Shown in pieces: positions 29,251 through 39,030 of a stretch of DNA of 57,798 bases (position 1 is its first letter; each line of letters opens with the position of its first letter). Source of the DNA: a virus (taxonomy: Duplodnaviria > Caudoviricetes). The notes beneath the pieces were generated by a model that did no database searches, was not told the origin of the DNA, and saw nothing but the letters and a program-made list of their open reading frames with translations. The DNA is taken from the IMG/VR virus record IMGVR_UViG_3300032893_000052, positions 1 to 57,798 of that record; one strand, given 5' to 3'. The translations under genes were made by a program, and so were the position numbers.

Positions 29251-31469
29251 TAGTCGTTTGCCTCCTCTTCAGGAGTCTTGATCTGTTCAGGCACGATCGT
29301 CTTTGAACCCTCACTATCCACGTACGCCGTGATGGATTTGCCACCCTTCTTCACAAGGTTCGACTCTACGTCCACGAGGTTGTGTGCACCGACGTTAGTC
29401 GGATCTGTGCGCGTTGTAGCTCCGATCGTTGACCGCGTATCCTGCACAGTGAAGTACTGTGCGAGTCTCCCATCTCGGCTACGGTTACCAGAGGACACCT
29501 GTAACGTCAGGTTTTGGTCATTCAGAAAGACAGGTGGAATGTAGGCTGGAAACGGATCATTCCTCTGTCCGCGTGACACTTCGACTGTTGTCGTAAATGC
29601 GCCCGGATACGCCCACTGGTGTTGTACAGACTCGACGTAGTAGCTTTCATGCCTGTCGAACCAATCCAACCGGTACCCAACCCGTATCTCAGGCATGCCA
29701 CGAAGAGTGATACTGCCTGTGAGGAACTCCTGGTTGTGTAGAAACCAATGGTCCATGAGAATCGTCCACCGAATGAGATTCTTGCGCGGGAAACGATTGC
29801 CTTGCTGACCGTCGTTGGTTGAGTTTGCATAGTTCGCAAACTCTGTGGACAACTCACGCAAACGTAGCCCGTGCCTAGATATGCTGACTTGGTTGACGAT
29901 AGGGTTGAAATTGCTTAGCAGATCCCTATAGCCGTCTACAGGTACAGGTGACGTAGCGAACAGGTGAAAGACGTTAACAATGTCTTCATCACTACGCCCT
30001 ACTGAAGCTTCTTTGACATCTGTGTTGTATATGGTGATGCTGTCTATATGCTTCGTCGCCTCGGCGTCTTTGAGGTACGCAGGAGGACTCGGAGACAGAA
30101 TCTCAGGATATGTGTAAATGTGTCGCCCAGGTGTGTTTGGATTGACCGCAAACACTGGCCCCATCCACACATCACCGGCAGTGATTTCCGTGCTGTTAGG
30201 GCCACCAGGAGCTACGACTAGCTCATCCAAGTTCAAGTGCTCTACAACAGAATACGGATACTCTCGAAACAACACTGCTGGAACGTATTGCACAGCAGGT
30301 ACTGTAGCTGGCATTGAGCCAAATCCGTCAGTGTTGATTCCAAGCTCATCCGCCTCGATTGAGTATGGACCAGACACGAGTCCTGCTTGTTGTACAGGGC
30401 GAAGATCGAAGATCAGCTCATTGACCATCTCATTGCAGTGACCATACAAGAACTGAGAGAGCGTCTGGTTGCCAGCAGACCACACACCTTGACTCATATT
30501 GAACCCATCTACTGTAAGGGATTCAATGAAATCCAAGTTGAGCAAGTCATGTATACCGATCGGTAATGACGGATCCTGCACAGCTTGTACTAACGTCTGA
30601 AACGCAAGCAAATCTGCATTCGCACGAAGTGTAATAGCTGCTTGGCGTTTGGCATCGATAGCAGCAAGGTCCTCGTCGGCGTCAGTCTGCTGCGCTTGCA
30701 ACGCGGCTTCCTGCAGGATGGCGCTCACATTGTTCTCTAGATCATTTGGATTGAACCCAAGCGTAGAGATCAGCTGAATCACGTTGGTAGGTAACCGAGC
30801 TTTCGCACGCTGAACAGCACGCTTACGCACATTCTGGAGATCGGAACGCATGGGTGTATAGCTATCAGGCAGGACCCATTGCTGTTGAAAGCCGAGAAGA
30901 ATGCGAAGGAAGTTCTCAACAAAGTCAGCTGGCGTACCTGTGATGGTGACTCCAGCATTGCGCATAGCAATGCCAGCGAAATTCGTTTGAGTAGGGCGAC
31001 TAGTCCCTGAGTTAGTGCGTACAAAGCGCTCGTCTAGATTCGTACGCATGTAGTTGTTGAAGTATATGAAGGTCTTGTCAATCGCCTTCTGGAAGTCGGA
31101 CCCAATGATCACAAAGCGTGTAGTAGAGTTGCCGTTCTCATCCACACTCTCTTGGCGTTCAACCCGGTCCACATAGCCCATCATCACGCGCACCAAGCCA
31201 CGCTGGCCATCGCATGGGTCTATGTAGATGTTAACCACATCATTTGGAAACACGAGATTACTGTAGTCACGTCTCGGAACCAGCTGCATCTGAAACTTAC
31301 CCATCGCCTTTGTGTTCTTGCTAGTCGACAAGCTGATCACATCTAGCGACAGGTCTATAGCTTGTCCGTGAGAGACATCTGTGCCTGTTGTATGAGAATC
31401 TACACGCACAAGCACACGGGTGCGCATGCGTACAGTTTTCTCATCAGCAACAGAAGTCTTGATCGGCAT
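29250..31469 (-). CDS. Baseplate hub protein (gp27/GpD-like)
   Basis: GKFQMQL...MMGYVDRV and C-terminal GSITLRGMPEIRVGYRL...YYVESVQHQW...TTVEVSRG; follows the tape measure gene. Confidence 0.8.
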   Translation of the reverse strand: MPIKTSVADEKTVRMRTRVLVRVDSHTTGTDVSHGQAIDLSLDVISLSTSKNTKAMGKFQMQLVPRRDYSNLVFPNDVVNIYIDPCDGQRGLVRVMMGYVDRVERQESVDENGNSTTRFVIIGSDFQKAIDKTFIYFNNYMRTNLDERFVRTNSGTSRPTQTNFAGIAMRNAGVTITGTPADFVENFLRILLGFQQQWVLPDSYTPMRSDLQNVRKRAVQRAKARLPTNVIQLISTLGFNPNDLENNVSAILQEAALQAQQTDADEDLAAIDAKRQAAITLRANADLLAFQTLVQAVQDPSLPIGIHDLLNLDFIESLTVDGFNMSQGVWSAGNQTLSQFLYGHCNEMVNELIFDLRPVQQAGLVSGPYSIEADELGINTDGFGSMPATVPAVQYVPAVLFREYPYSVVEHLNLDELVVAPGGPNSTEITAGDVWMGPVFAVNPNTPGRHIYTYPEILSPSPPAYLKDAEATKHIDSITIYNTDVKEASVGRSDEDIVNVFHLFATSPVPVDGYRDLLSNFNPIVNQVSISRHGLRLRELSTEFANYANSTNDGQQGNRFPRKNLIRWTILMDHWFLHNQEFLTGSITLRGMPEIRVGYRLDWFDRHESYYVESVQHQWAYPGAFTTTVEVSRGQRNDPFPAYIPPVFLNDQNLTLQVSSGNRSRDGRLAQYFTVQDTRSTIGATTRTDPTNVGAHNLVDVESNLVKKGGKSITAYVDSEGSKTIVPEQIKTPEEEAND

Positions 31470-33475
31470 CAGTGTCCTGTGGAATCCTTACGACCAGCTG
31501 CAGTGGGTGCCGAGGAACTGCTTACACGCATCGGCACACCAGGGTCTGCGGGTGCTTGTGTTCTTGGCTTGTGCCTTGTTGCTTTCGCATCTGCGGCATG
31601 GTTGACCATTTCTTTGGAATTTTTAACCAGTTCCGTCAATGCAGGCACAAGCTCCGGCGGCCATTGTGACTTATCCATTTTAGTCGGGTCTAGGAACGAA
31701 GCTGTCTGTCCAGGAAGAGGATTCTTGTAGCCCCACTTGAAAAACTCAGAACCAATCTGTGCTCCAAACTTCTTCTCAATGAAGTCTCGTTGCTGCGAAA
31801 ACCGTAAACTTTCAGAGACTGTACTGCCTGCCCCGCCAGCTCCTTCGACAGGTGTTTTCATCCCTCTGTGCCAAGCGGCTTGAATACGCTTTGACAAGGC
31901 CTCATTCTTCTCTTCCCTTTCAACATCTATTCCCAAAAAGTTAGCAAACTTACGCTGTGAGTCCTTGCCGCCGATCAGCTCTTTGATCCACTTAGCCAAG
32001 TCCAACACAGCAAGTACTAGCGCACGTTGTAAGTCTTCCACAGATTCCATGATGTCTTTGATCTTGGCGCCTAGAGCTGCAGACTCGTCGAACTTGGCTG
32101 CAATACGTGCCAAGTCAGTGCGAGCTTCTTTCATCGCAATGAAGCCTTGCTCTTCGATCGGCTTGGTCTTGTCCAACTCCTCTTGCAGTTTCTTCTGTAT
32201 GTCTGTACCGTCTTTGGACTCTTCGTAGATCTTCTGAAGCGCGTCCATGTCTTGCATAGACGACGCAATACCTAGTTGCTTACCTAGATACGCACGCTCA
32301 TCGCGGTTACCACCTGACATGCGGTTCAGGTATTCCATCACGTCTCTGAACGTGTTCTGGTCCTGTAAACCTTTCTCCTGTCTGCGCGTGGCTTGGAAGA
32401 ACCCAACACCTGAGCCCGGCCGACCGAACCCTAGCGCCTGCATGATGATGGCTTGTCCTTCGTCGCCACCACCAGGTGCAGTCACGCCTTGCTCAAACTT
32501 CGCGAGCTTCGCCAGCCCGCGTTGGCCCTTGAAGCCTTCACCACCTGCGCGCCCGAACAGAGCAGCGAGTTTTGTATAGCCTGTGGCGTCTACTATCCCA
32601 GCTGCAGTAGTACCTGCTCTACGAATGAGCTGTGAGATACCTTCCGCAAACTCGGGAAAGCGTGCCTTCTCCAAACCAGAGAAGAGCGCACCTGCTTGCA
32701 CTCTCTCGAACTCACGTACACCGAGAGAGAAGACTTGCTTTTTCCCGCCTATAGTCTGTTGTTGCTTTGCGAACGAAGTACCGCCTTGACGAATGGCTCC
32801 GAACAGATCACCGACTTCACCTGCCTCCATGCCTGTGGCTCTGGTGGCAGCCATGAGAGCCCGCGCAGCCTCTGGCGTGGATTGACCTGTGGCGCGTGCT
32901 GTAAGGGGCATGAATCCCGATACATCACCAACGTTGTATCCGTAGCGAGCACCGCCAGACTTGAAAGCATTGCCGAGGATCCCACCCTTGTAACCAAGCC
33001 CGATACTTGACCCAAGTTGCTTCTGCAGCCCTAGGTAAGTTTCGTATCCCTTGAACGCAGCTCCGATCAGAATCCCACCAATAGCACCTACACCAAAGCC
33101 TATAGCACCCAGGCCGAAGCCACCTAGCTTCTTGAGAAAGCTAGTCTGCTGTTTGTTGTGGTCGTTTTCTTTCTTTTGCTCTACAGCACGGTTACGCTTT
33201 GTAAGCTGCTGGCTGCGCAACTGAATGCCAGCCATGCGCGTGTGTGCTTGTGTTTGTTGTTTGAGATGCTGCTCGTCTTTCTTTCGTTCTTGGTCTTTGA
33301 GCTTGAACAGCTCCCGAGCACGCTTCATCTCGTCTTTGTGAGCACGCTCGTCAAGCTTACGGAAACTGGCTCGTCCCTTCTCATGACGCTTCGTAAGCTT
33401 GTCCAGTTCCGCGAACGACTTTCGCAGATCCTTGAGGTCACTAGTCCATTTGATCTGGAATTTGGCTTCAGCCAT
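31469..33475 (-). CDS. Tail tape measure protein
   Basis: 668 aa, helical, Ala/Gly-rich, with a hydrophobic Gly segment; lies directly after the chaperone pair. Confidence 0.85.
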   Translation of the reverse strand: MAEAKFQIKWTSDLKDLRKSFAELDKLTKRHEKGRASFRKLDERAHKDEMKRARELFKLKDQERKKDEQHLKQQTQAHTRMAGIQLRSQQLTKRNRAVEQKKENDHNKQQTSFLKKLGGFGLGAIGFGVGAIGGILIGAAFKGYETYLGLQKQLGSSIGLGYKGGILGNAFKSGGARYGYNVGDVSGFMPLTARATGQSTPEAARALMAATRATGMEAGEVGDLFGAIRQGGTSFAKQQQTIGGKKQVFSLGVREFERVQAGALFSGLEKARFPEFAEGISQLIRRAGTTAAGIVDATGYTKLAALFGRAGGEGFKGQRGLAKLAKFEQGVTAPGGGDEGQAIIMQALGFGRPGSGVGFFQATRRQEKGLQDQNTFRDVMEYLNRMSGGNRDERAYLGKQLGIASSMQDMDALQKIYEESKDGTDIQKKLQEELDKTKPIEEQGFIAMKEARTDLARIAAKFDESAALGAKIKDIMESVEDLQRALVLAVLDLAKWIKELIGGKDSQRKFANFLGIDVEREEKNEALSKRIQAAWHRGMKTPVEGAGGAGSTVSESLRFSQQRDFIEKKFGAQIGSEFFKWGYKNPLPGQTASFLDPTKMDKSQWPPELVPALTELVKNSKEMVNHAADAKATRHKPRTQAPADPGVPMRVSSSSAPTAAGRKDSTGH

Positions 33476-33477
33476 TG

Positions 33478-34068
33478 TCAGCCTTTGTGACCTAACAACA
33501 ATTCAGTCCAGTCCTCACCTACATCTTGCAGACCACTGCCAAGCACTTTCTTCCCTAGCAAAGCACGCTCATCCGCAGATCCTGGTCTAACGAACTTGCT
33601 AGCCATTCTAGGGTCATGTAGTGGTCTAGTTCTTTGTCGTGGTCCCCGCTTCTCACGCTCCTGTTTGAGGCGTTCCTTCTCTTTTGGAGACATGCCTTCT
33701 TCAAGGTCAGGCGTCAGCCCTTGCGCAAGTTCACGCTCCCACTTGTCGATCAACTCATCGCCTGTTTCCTCGAAGTAGAATTCACCGTCTTTTGCGAATA
33801 CACGACGGGCTTCCTCCGGATGCTCAGCGAAGTAATCCTCGTAGAATTCAACGAGGAGATCAGGAATCGTGGACGCTTGAGCTAACTCATGCGTCCAGGG
33901 CAGCTGATACTTTTTGACCCACCACCGCCGTAGGAGTGTTTCCAGTGACGGTTTGCGTATGTTGAGTGCCGCTGTCTTGCGAGCGTACTCCGTCAGATCC
34001 GTTGTCTGCTGTTGGTTGTCTACTTTTGAAGCTGGCTTCGAACTTCGCCACCTCCGCATATACAGCAC
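33478..34068 (-). CDS. Tail assembly chaperone T portion, probably reached by a programmed frameshift
   Basis: Overlaps the upstream chaperone ORF by about 180 nt in its +1 frame and has no clear RBS. LRRWWVKKYQLP motif; precedes the tape measure gene. Confidence 0.75.
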   Translation of the reverse strand: MLYMRRWRSSKPASKVDNQQQTTDLTEYARKTAALNIRKPSLETLLRRWWVKKYQLPWTHELAQASTIPDLLVEFYEDYFAEHPEEARRVFAKDGEFYFEETGDELIDKWERELAQGLTPDLEEGMSPKEKERLKQEREKRGPRQRTRPLHDPRMASKFVRPGSADERALLGKKVLGSGLQDVGEDWTELLLGHKG

Positions 34069-34375
34069 GCACCAACTTCAGATTGGAGATTTCCTCCAAC
34101 TTAAACCACACTGGTTTCTGTACGATGCACACAGATAGGTGTGCAATCATACCATTGATCCAGTCAGTTTCTTCGTCTATGCCTTGACCGGTAGGATTAC
34201 CGTTTTCATCCTTCACACAATACATCCCGCCGCTCAGCTGTGCTTTCTTCACACCGACAGCACCAAAGTCCATAACAGACAGACGCTTGACAGTAAACAC
34301 ACCCTGCAAACGTTCATTATCGTCTTCATTGGTGAAATCGATGTTGAACGTATGAATGTTCTTTGGATTTGGCAT
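33887..34375 (-). CDS. Tail assembly chaperone G
   Basis: ATG at 34375, 1 nt after the tube stop codon. GVFTVKRLS...HLSVCIVQKPVWF...VYAEV..FEASF. Confidence 0.8.
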   Translation of the reverse strand: MPNPKNIHTFNIDFTNEDDNERLQGVFTVKRLSVMDFGAVGVKKAQLSGGMYCVKDENGNPTGQGIDEETDWINGMIAHLSVCIVQKPVWFKLEEISNLKLVRAVYAEVAKFEASFKSRQPTADNGSDGVRSQDSGTQHTQTVTGNTPTAVVGQKVSAALDA

Positions 34376-34376
34376 C

Positions 34377-34808
34377 TTAGCCACCAGCAGGGCGCTCGAA
34401 TTCGTCACGAAGACGAATCGTCACGAATGTGATGTTTTCGGACACCAAGCCACGTGCTGTGATGTCAAACGAGTGTTCCTGTGTCTTACAGTTCTCGAAT
34501 TGAGCGACAGTCTCACCTGTAATGTTGTCTTCAACCGAGCAAGTGAGATCTCCACTAGTGAGGATGTTCTCCTCAGTAGGAAAGATGCCAAGCGCTTTCA
34601 GTGATTGACCGACCACACGGAATACCTGCGCATTCAACGTGCAACGATACGCTACAGGCACGTATTCACGCACCTCAAGCAAATCGAGCACATCTACAGG
34701 CTCGTAGTCAATCGACTCAGTACCAGACACACCACCAGCAAAACCAACAACAGCACCGTCGATCTTGAAACGTGATCGCGCACCGCTAAACACAAAAGGA
34801 GCAGGCAT
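34377..34808 (-). CDS. Tail tube protein
   Basis: 143 aa with a strong AGGAGGT RBS, VGFAGGVSG.E...YEPV and ENITF; lies between sheath and chaperone genes. Confidence 0.88.
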   Translation of the reverse strand: MPAPFVFSGARSRFKIDGAVVGFAGGVSGTESIDYEPVDVLDLLEVREYVPVAYRCTLNAQVFRVVGQSLKALGIFPTEENILTSGDLTCSVEDNITGETVAQFENCKTQEHSFDITARGLVSENITFVTIRLRDEFERPAGG

Positions 34809-34925
34809 AGCAAACCTCCTATCTGAGCGGAACCCAACAGGGCTCTACGGACTTCGAAAAAACGACTCGTGATGGAGGTCGCGAGTGCTGCGGTTGCTGG
34901 CGCCTATGGGCGCACAGCAAACTGA

Positions 34926-34954
34926 ACGCTAGCTGATTATGGCCTTCTCGTCAA
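34926..34954 (-). promoter_or_regulatory. Sigma70-like promoter for the tube operon
   Basis: TTGACG-N17-TAGCGT. Confidence 0.6.
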
Positions 34955-34986
34955 CCTCTCAGAATGGTAGGCTATGGTCTCACCCC

Positions 34987-35044
34987 AAAAACACAGCGGC
35001 GGTGTCTTCCCACTCACCATGGTACCCCCGACCCCGCCGCTGTG
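34987..35044 (-). terminator. Intrinsic terminator with an unusually large loop
   Basis: 11-bp stem CACAGCGGCGG/CCGCCGCTGTG with a 31-nt loop, followed by TTTTT on the minus strand. Confidence 0.65.
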
Positions 35045-35053
35045 CCCGGAACT

Positions 35054-35434
35054 TTACGCCACTGTTACGCCTGCGTTGGCCCCTAGGAACCAAGCCGCAC
35101 CGTCCCAGATGAATTCGCAGGCGTCACCGATTGCTCCGATAGCGGAGACAGTCGCGAATCCAGTCGGATGAGCAGGTGTGATCGTTCCAGCAGGTGTGCT
35201 TGCGCCTGCTACACAAATGATGGACTTCCTTTGTCCAACGAAAGTGCCATCAGCAAGCGTATAAGCTGTAGTGCCTGTTACATTGAGCTTAGAAAACCTC
35301 TTCGTAACAGACAAAGCACCAGCGGCTGAGATTGTCTCAATCCCAGCTTCATACGCTGCGTGATCAAACTGAGCTTGCAGAGCAGTGATCTGCTCTGGCG
35401 TTACTGCACCCTTGAGAAAACTTGCTATGTCCAT
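35054..35434 (-). CDS. Small beta-rich virion protein (decoration or fibre-tip-like)
   Basis: YTLADGTFVGQRK...FIWDGAAWF; the C-terminus resembles the fibre end LYYDGTQFF. AAAGGAG RBS. Confidence 0.6.
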   Translation of the reverse strand: MDIASFLKGAVTPEQITALQAQFDHAAYEAGIETISAAGALSVTKRFSKLNVTGTTAYTLADGTFVGQRKSIICVAGASTPAGTITPAHPTGFATVSAIGAIGDACEFIWDGAAWFLGANAGVTVA

Positions 35435-35472
35435 TTACGTGTCTCCTTTTGTCCTTCTTCGTTTCGATCAAA

Positions 35473-37794
35473 CTACGCAGCTAGACGAGGTAGCTGCAGA
35501 CTGATTTCATTCAACTCAAACACAACGCCAGGAGCAGGGAACACCTCTACGCGTATAGTAGCAATGTTGCCGTCCAAGAACACGCGTAGGTGACGGAAGC
35601 CCGGCACAATTGTACTCAATGTTTCTGGATCGAGTGAATTGGTGATGATGTTCTGCTCGCGATACGCCTGCAGTTTAGCTGCAGCGAAGTCACGCATAGA
35701 TGCCACACTTGCAGGTGTTCCTTTGTCCCCTGTGAACTGGTCCTCCAGACTCTGGCGAAGGTCGAATGCAATGAAGCGCACCTCTTCCTTCATGTTTCCG
35801 TCTGTGAAGACAATCAGGTCATCCTGAATGTGCGTTGTCAGATCGCGCACAAAACGGATACCACCAGAAGCCTCCTCCGCAAACATCACACCACCCTGGA
35901 TGAGCTGGTTGACGTTTGTACGATCCGTTGGACTCCATGACGTATCATTGGCGATTTCGGTTGTCTTGATGAACTTGTACGTCAGTGGAGTACCAACCTC
36001 ATCAGCGCCTGAACGCATGGACGCTGCGGCTACCGCCATAGCCCACTCAGGCATGAGTGTCAACGTACCTGAGACGTTCAAGAAAGTCATCTGTTGTGGG
36101 AACAGCTGAACGTCTTGGTCATTCAGCGCAGCTGCCTGAGCTAGGATAGCAGTGAGCGTGCCTTTATAGCCAAGGTAGCCACCCATCTCGTTCTTGCCTA
36201 TGCCACGTCCAAGCTGAACGTGAGCCAGCAACTGCTGTGCGACTGAGGCGACCGTCGCAGTTGACCCGTTTCCTTCATTCGTCAGATCTTGTGAGATCAG
36301 TGGAACACAGTGGTTAGCTCGCTTCTGAATAAGAGCGTCAAAACCACTCTGGAAAGACGAGTTGCTTGAAGTACCGCGCGTTCCTCCGATGAAGTACACA
36401 GGTACATCACGCACAACACTAGAGACACCGCCAGTAAACGCAGGCAGTCCTGCCCCCTCTTGCGTGCCTGCTGTTGCCTTAACAGCTGTTGCGAGTGTGG
36501 AAAATTCGTTCACCCAATCAACAAGCGCTTGCAGGTCACGTCTGAATGTTCCTTTGGTGTTGAACGAGATCTCATGGTCAAACCTAACGTCAACGCTAGT
36601 GTTCCGTGAGTCGAAGTCAAAAGTGGACATCAACACGGTGTCACCATTCACACCGTCAGGAATCACTGCAATGTAGTTTGTATTTCCGTTTACATAGTCC
36701 ACCAACTGCTGCAGCGTCTGACCAGCTGGGAACGTAATGCTCAGATTGTCAGCAGTAGGTGATACGGTGCTTGTGAGTGTTGTTGCAACACCGTTAGCTC
36801 CGGCGATTGATGCCGTCGCCGCAGTAACATTGACAATACTGGCTGTGGTTCCGACCAAAGCAGCACCCTCAGCAGTGGTCAGGTCATGACCGGCAGCCAA
36901 AGTCACTGTGATGGTAAACGGACCCGACGTGTCAGCTGTGTTGCTGAGAATCAAACGCTGCAGACCATTCGAGAATCGCAGGATCTTACCAGCGTGAAGA
37001 TCTGCTGTTGTCGATTGAGTGACAGTCAACCCTACAGTCACACCAGATGCAGACGTGACTAGACCGGTGTCAGACACTGGCCCGCCGCCATACATAATGT
37101 TCAGCGCGCTGGTTCCACCGATCTCAGGTGAACGATTTACTGTATCACCAAAAGACACAGTAGTGACGAACCCAGTGCCGACGCCAGGCTCAACTTCAAC
37201 AGCCACCTGGTTTGTGTGTACACCCCAATCTTTTGAACTGAGAGTCACAGCTGAAGCCAAAATAACGACAGGCGTAGTCCCTGCTGGAGCGGAGGGGAAT
37301 CCAGGAGAGACAGTCACAGTTGAAGCATCGTTAGCGACAATACGACGCTTGATGTTGCTGATTTGCAGCCAACGCCCAACATGTGCGCTAGGAGTCAACG
37401 CACCTGTGGTAAGTGTGATCACTGTAGTAGTTGCGCTAGCAACAGTATCCGAGATGAGAGTAGTAGCACTCGGTAGCTGTGTACCCGACTTAGTGCTGTT
37501 GTTTGTCTTGTATGCTAAGACGCGAAACGCACCACCTGTTATACGTCTGTCACCAGACGCTGAAAATGCGATCCTAATCGCATCGGCAAGAGGACCACTC
37601 CTGAATGTTGTCTTTGCAAGTGACGGATCATCGATCTGAATAATCTGTGCTGGCTGCCCACCGTCAGCCTCACCCAGCAACTGAATTATGCCTGTCGATG
37701 TGAGTCCAATAGATGTCAGACCATCCGTGTTTATGCTGGTGAGACCACCAGGGTGAAACAGCGTCTGGCCACCCAAGGTAACTGAACGACTCAT
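35473..37794 (-). CDS. Tail sheath protein
   Basis: HPG...LLGEADGGQP...FRSGPL.DA, KDWG..TNQ, TPLTYK, LIQGGV, F.G.K; 773 aa with inserted domains. Confidence 0.93.
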   Translation of the reverse strand: MSRSVTLGGQTLFHPGGLTSINTDGLTSIGLTSTGIIQLLGEADGGQPAQIIQIDDPSLAKTTFRSGPLADAIRIAFSASGDRRITGGAFRVLAYKTNNSTKSGTQLPSATTLISDTVASATTTVITLTTGALTPSAHVGRWLQISNIKRRIVANDASTVTVSPGFPSAPAGTTPVVILASAVTLSSKDWGVHTNQVAVEVEPGVGTGFVTTVSFGDTVNRSPEIGGTSALNIMYGGGPVSDTGLVTSASGVTVGLTVTQSTTADLHAGKILRFSNGLQRLILSNTADTSGPFTITVTLAAGHDLTTAEGAALVGTTASIVNVTAATASIAGANGVATTLTSTVSPTADNLSITFPAGQTLQQLVDYVNGNTNYIAVIPDGVNGDTVLMSTFDFDSRNTSVDVRFDHEISFNTKGTFRRDLQALVDWVNEFSTLATAVKATAGTQEGAGLPAFTGGVSSVVRDVPVYFIGGTRGTSSNSSFQSGFDALIQKRANHCVPLISQDLTNEGNGSTATVASVAQQLLAHVQLGRGIGKNEMGGYLGYKGTLTAILAQAAALNDQDVQLFPQQMTFLNVSGTLTLMPEWAMAVAAASMRSGADEVGTPLTYKFIKTTEIANDTSWSPTDRTNVNQLIQGGVMFAEEASGGIRFVRDLTTHIQDDLIVFTDGNMKEEVRFIAFDLRQSLEDQFTGDKGTPASVASMRDFAAAKLQAYREQNIITNSLDPETLSTIVPGFRHLRVFLDGNIATIRVEVFPAPGVVFELNEISLQLPRLAA

Positions 37795-37803
37795 GGTGCC
37801 TCC

Positions 37804-38031
37804 TTAGTAGCCTTTGAACATTTCATCCCACGAGGACTTTGTACGCTTGCCTGTGGAACGTCCTTTGATAAATGCGAGCATGCCTAGCTTATGGTGAGCA
37901 GGCTTGCCTGTAGTTGCGAACCAACGATCGAATGACAACATCGGTTCCACGACTAGCGGCTGAGCTGGCTTCTCCGTGACCACTGTAGCCATGGATTCGT
38001 CAGATTTTTGCTTACTCATTGTGTTCTCCAC
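37804..38031 (-). CDS. Hypothetical pre-sheath small protein
   Basis: 75 aa, packed between the terminator-protein gene and the sheath gene. Confidence 0.75.
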   Translation of the reverse strand: MENTMSKQKSDESMATVVTEKPAQPLVVEPMLSFDRWFATTGKPAHHKLGMLAFIKGRSTGKRTKSSWDEMFKGY

Positions 38032-39030
38032 CTAGGCCACGTTTGTATCACTGAGAATGTATGCGCCTCCGTCAGAGGCGATAGCTTCAAGTACCACACG
38101 TAGACCACTAGCCAGGTCCTGTGGTTGCGTAAATACGTCAAACGGATACTGGAACTCCGCGGTCATCGCACGCATATACGTAAAATCTGGCTGATAGTCA
38201 GGTCGAGGTACGAAGTCTGTTGCTGACAACTTCATTGTGATGACGCCTTGACTCTCTAGGAACGTCCTAGCAATGGTCAAAATACTCTTCACAATGGCAT
38301 GTAGGTATATTGTGAACTCAGGGTTTGGACCAATGATCTGTATCTGGTACGACACACCGTACATTGCACCTAAGCGCTGTACGAAATTCGCATTTTCACG
38401 TGAGTACAAACTGCGGGGCTCACCAACAATCTCTTGCGCTTCTCCACGAACAGTGAACACAGACGTGGAGTCAGGTACTGCTGACCAACCAGGGCTGACC
38501 ATCAATGTGTCCTGACCGTTGGCAGTAATTCCACGCTGCTGTCCGAGTCCTTTTCCACCTACGATCTGAACTGTGTGTGAACCAACACGCCATTGATCGA
38601 TTGCCCATACGCGCGAATCGATCTTCAGTGTGTTGGATGTAGCTGACAGCACACGGTATGGACCGAACTTCAGTGGTCCTTCACCGCTCAATGTCGACAC
38701 AGACGCTGCACCACCTACAACAGCATCATCACTAGACAGATCGTCATATGACAACGAGTCAGGCACTGAGCCGTACCCCATACTATCTCCGAGATACGTT
38801 GTCTGCTCATCCTCACTCTTCAAAAGTATGACAATGGCAGGGACCTTCAGTGTTTCGCGCGGATAGTTAATGTCGATGTATATCTGTTGCTTCTGGAAGA
38901 ACTCACGCATCTCCTGAGCGGATTGTCTGTCCAGATTACGAAACAACTGGTCCAGCAAATGACTATCACCACGGAAGGCACGTATTCCGCGTACAATGAC
39001 AGTACGGAATATAAACTCAGGCAGAACCAT
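38032..39030 (-). CDS. Putative tail terminator protein
   Basis: INYPR...PAIVILLKSEDE...LGD; position before the sheath; carries an inserted beta domain. Confidence 0.65.
   Translation of the reverse strand: MVLPEFIFRTVIVRGIRAFRGDSHLLDQLFRNLDRQSAQEMREFFQKQQIYIDINYPRETLKVPAIVILLKSEDEQTTYLGDSMGYGSVPDSLSYDDLSSDDAVVGGAASVSTLSGEGPLKFGPYRVLSATSNTLKIDSRVWAIDQWRVGSHTVQIVGGKGLGQQRGITANGQDTLMVSPGWSAVPDSTSVFTVRGEAQEIVGEPRSLYSRENANFVQRLGAMYGVSYQIQIIGPNPEFTIYLHAIVKSILTIARTFLESQGVITMKLSATDFVPRPDYQPDFTYMRAMTAEFQYPFDVFTQPQDLASGLRVVLEAIASDGGAYILSDTNVA

Noticed and set aside
34376-34408. Upstream start for the chaperone ORF at 34408
   Set aside because: It overlaps the tube gene; the ATG at 34375, right after the tube stop codon, is more plausible.
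34809-35053. tRNA gene in the largest intergenic gap
   Set aside because: No cloverleaf with appropriate D and T arms could be built; the hairpins are better explained as a terminator and a leader.
21949-39030. Tailocin or extracellular contractile injection system
   Set aside because: Capsid, protease, scaffold, neck and replication genes are present, so this is a phage.
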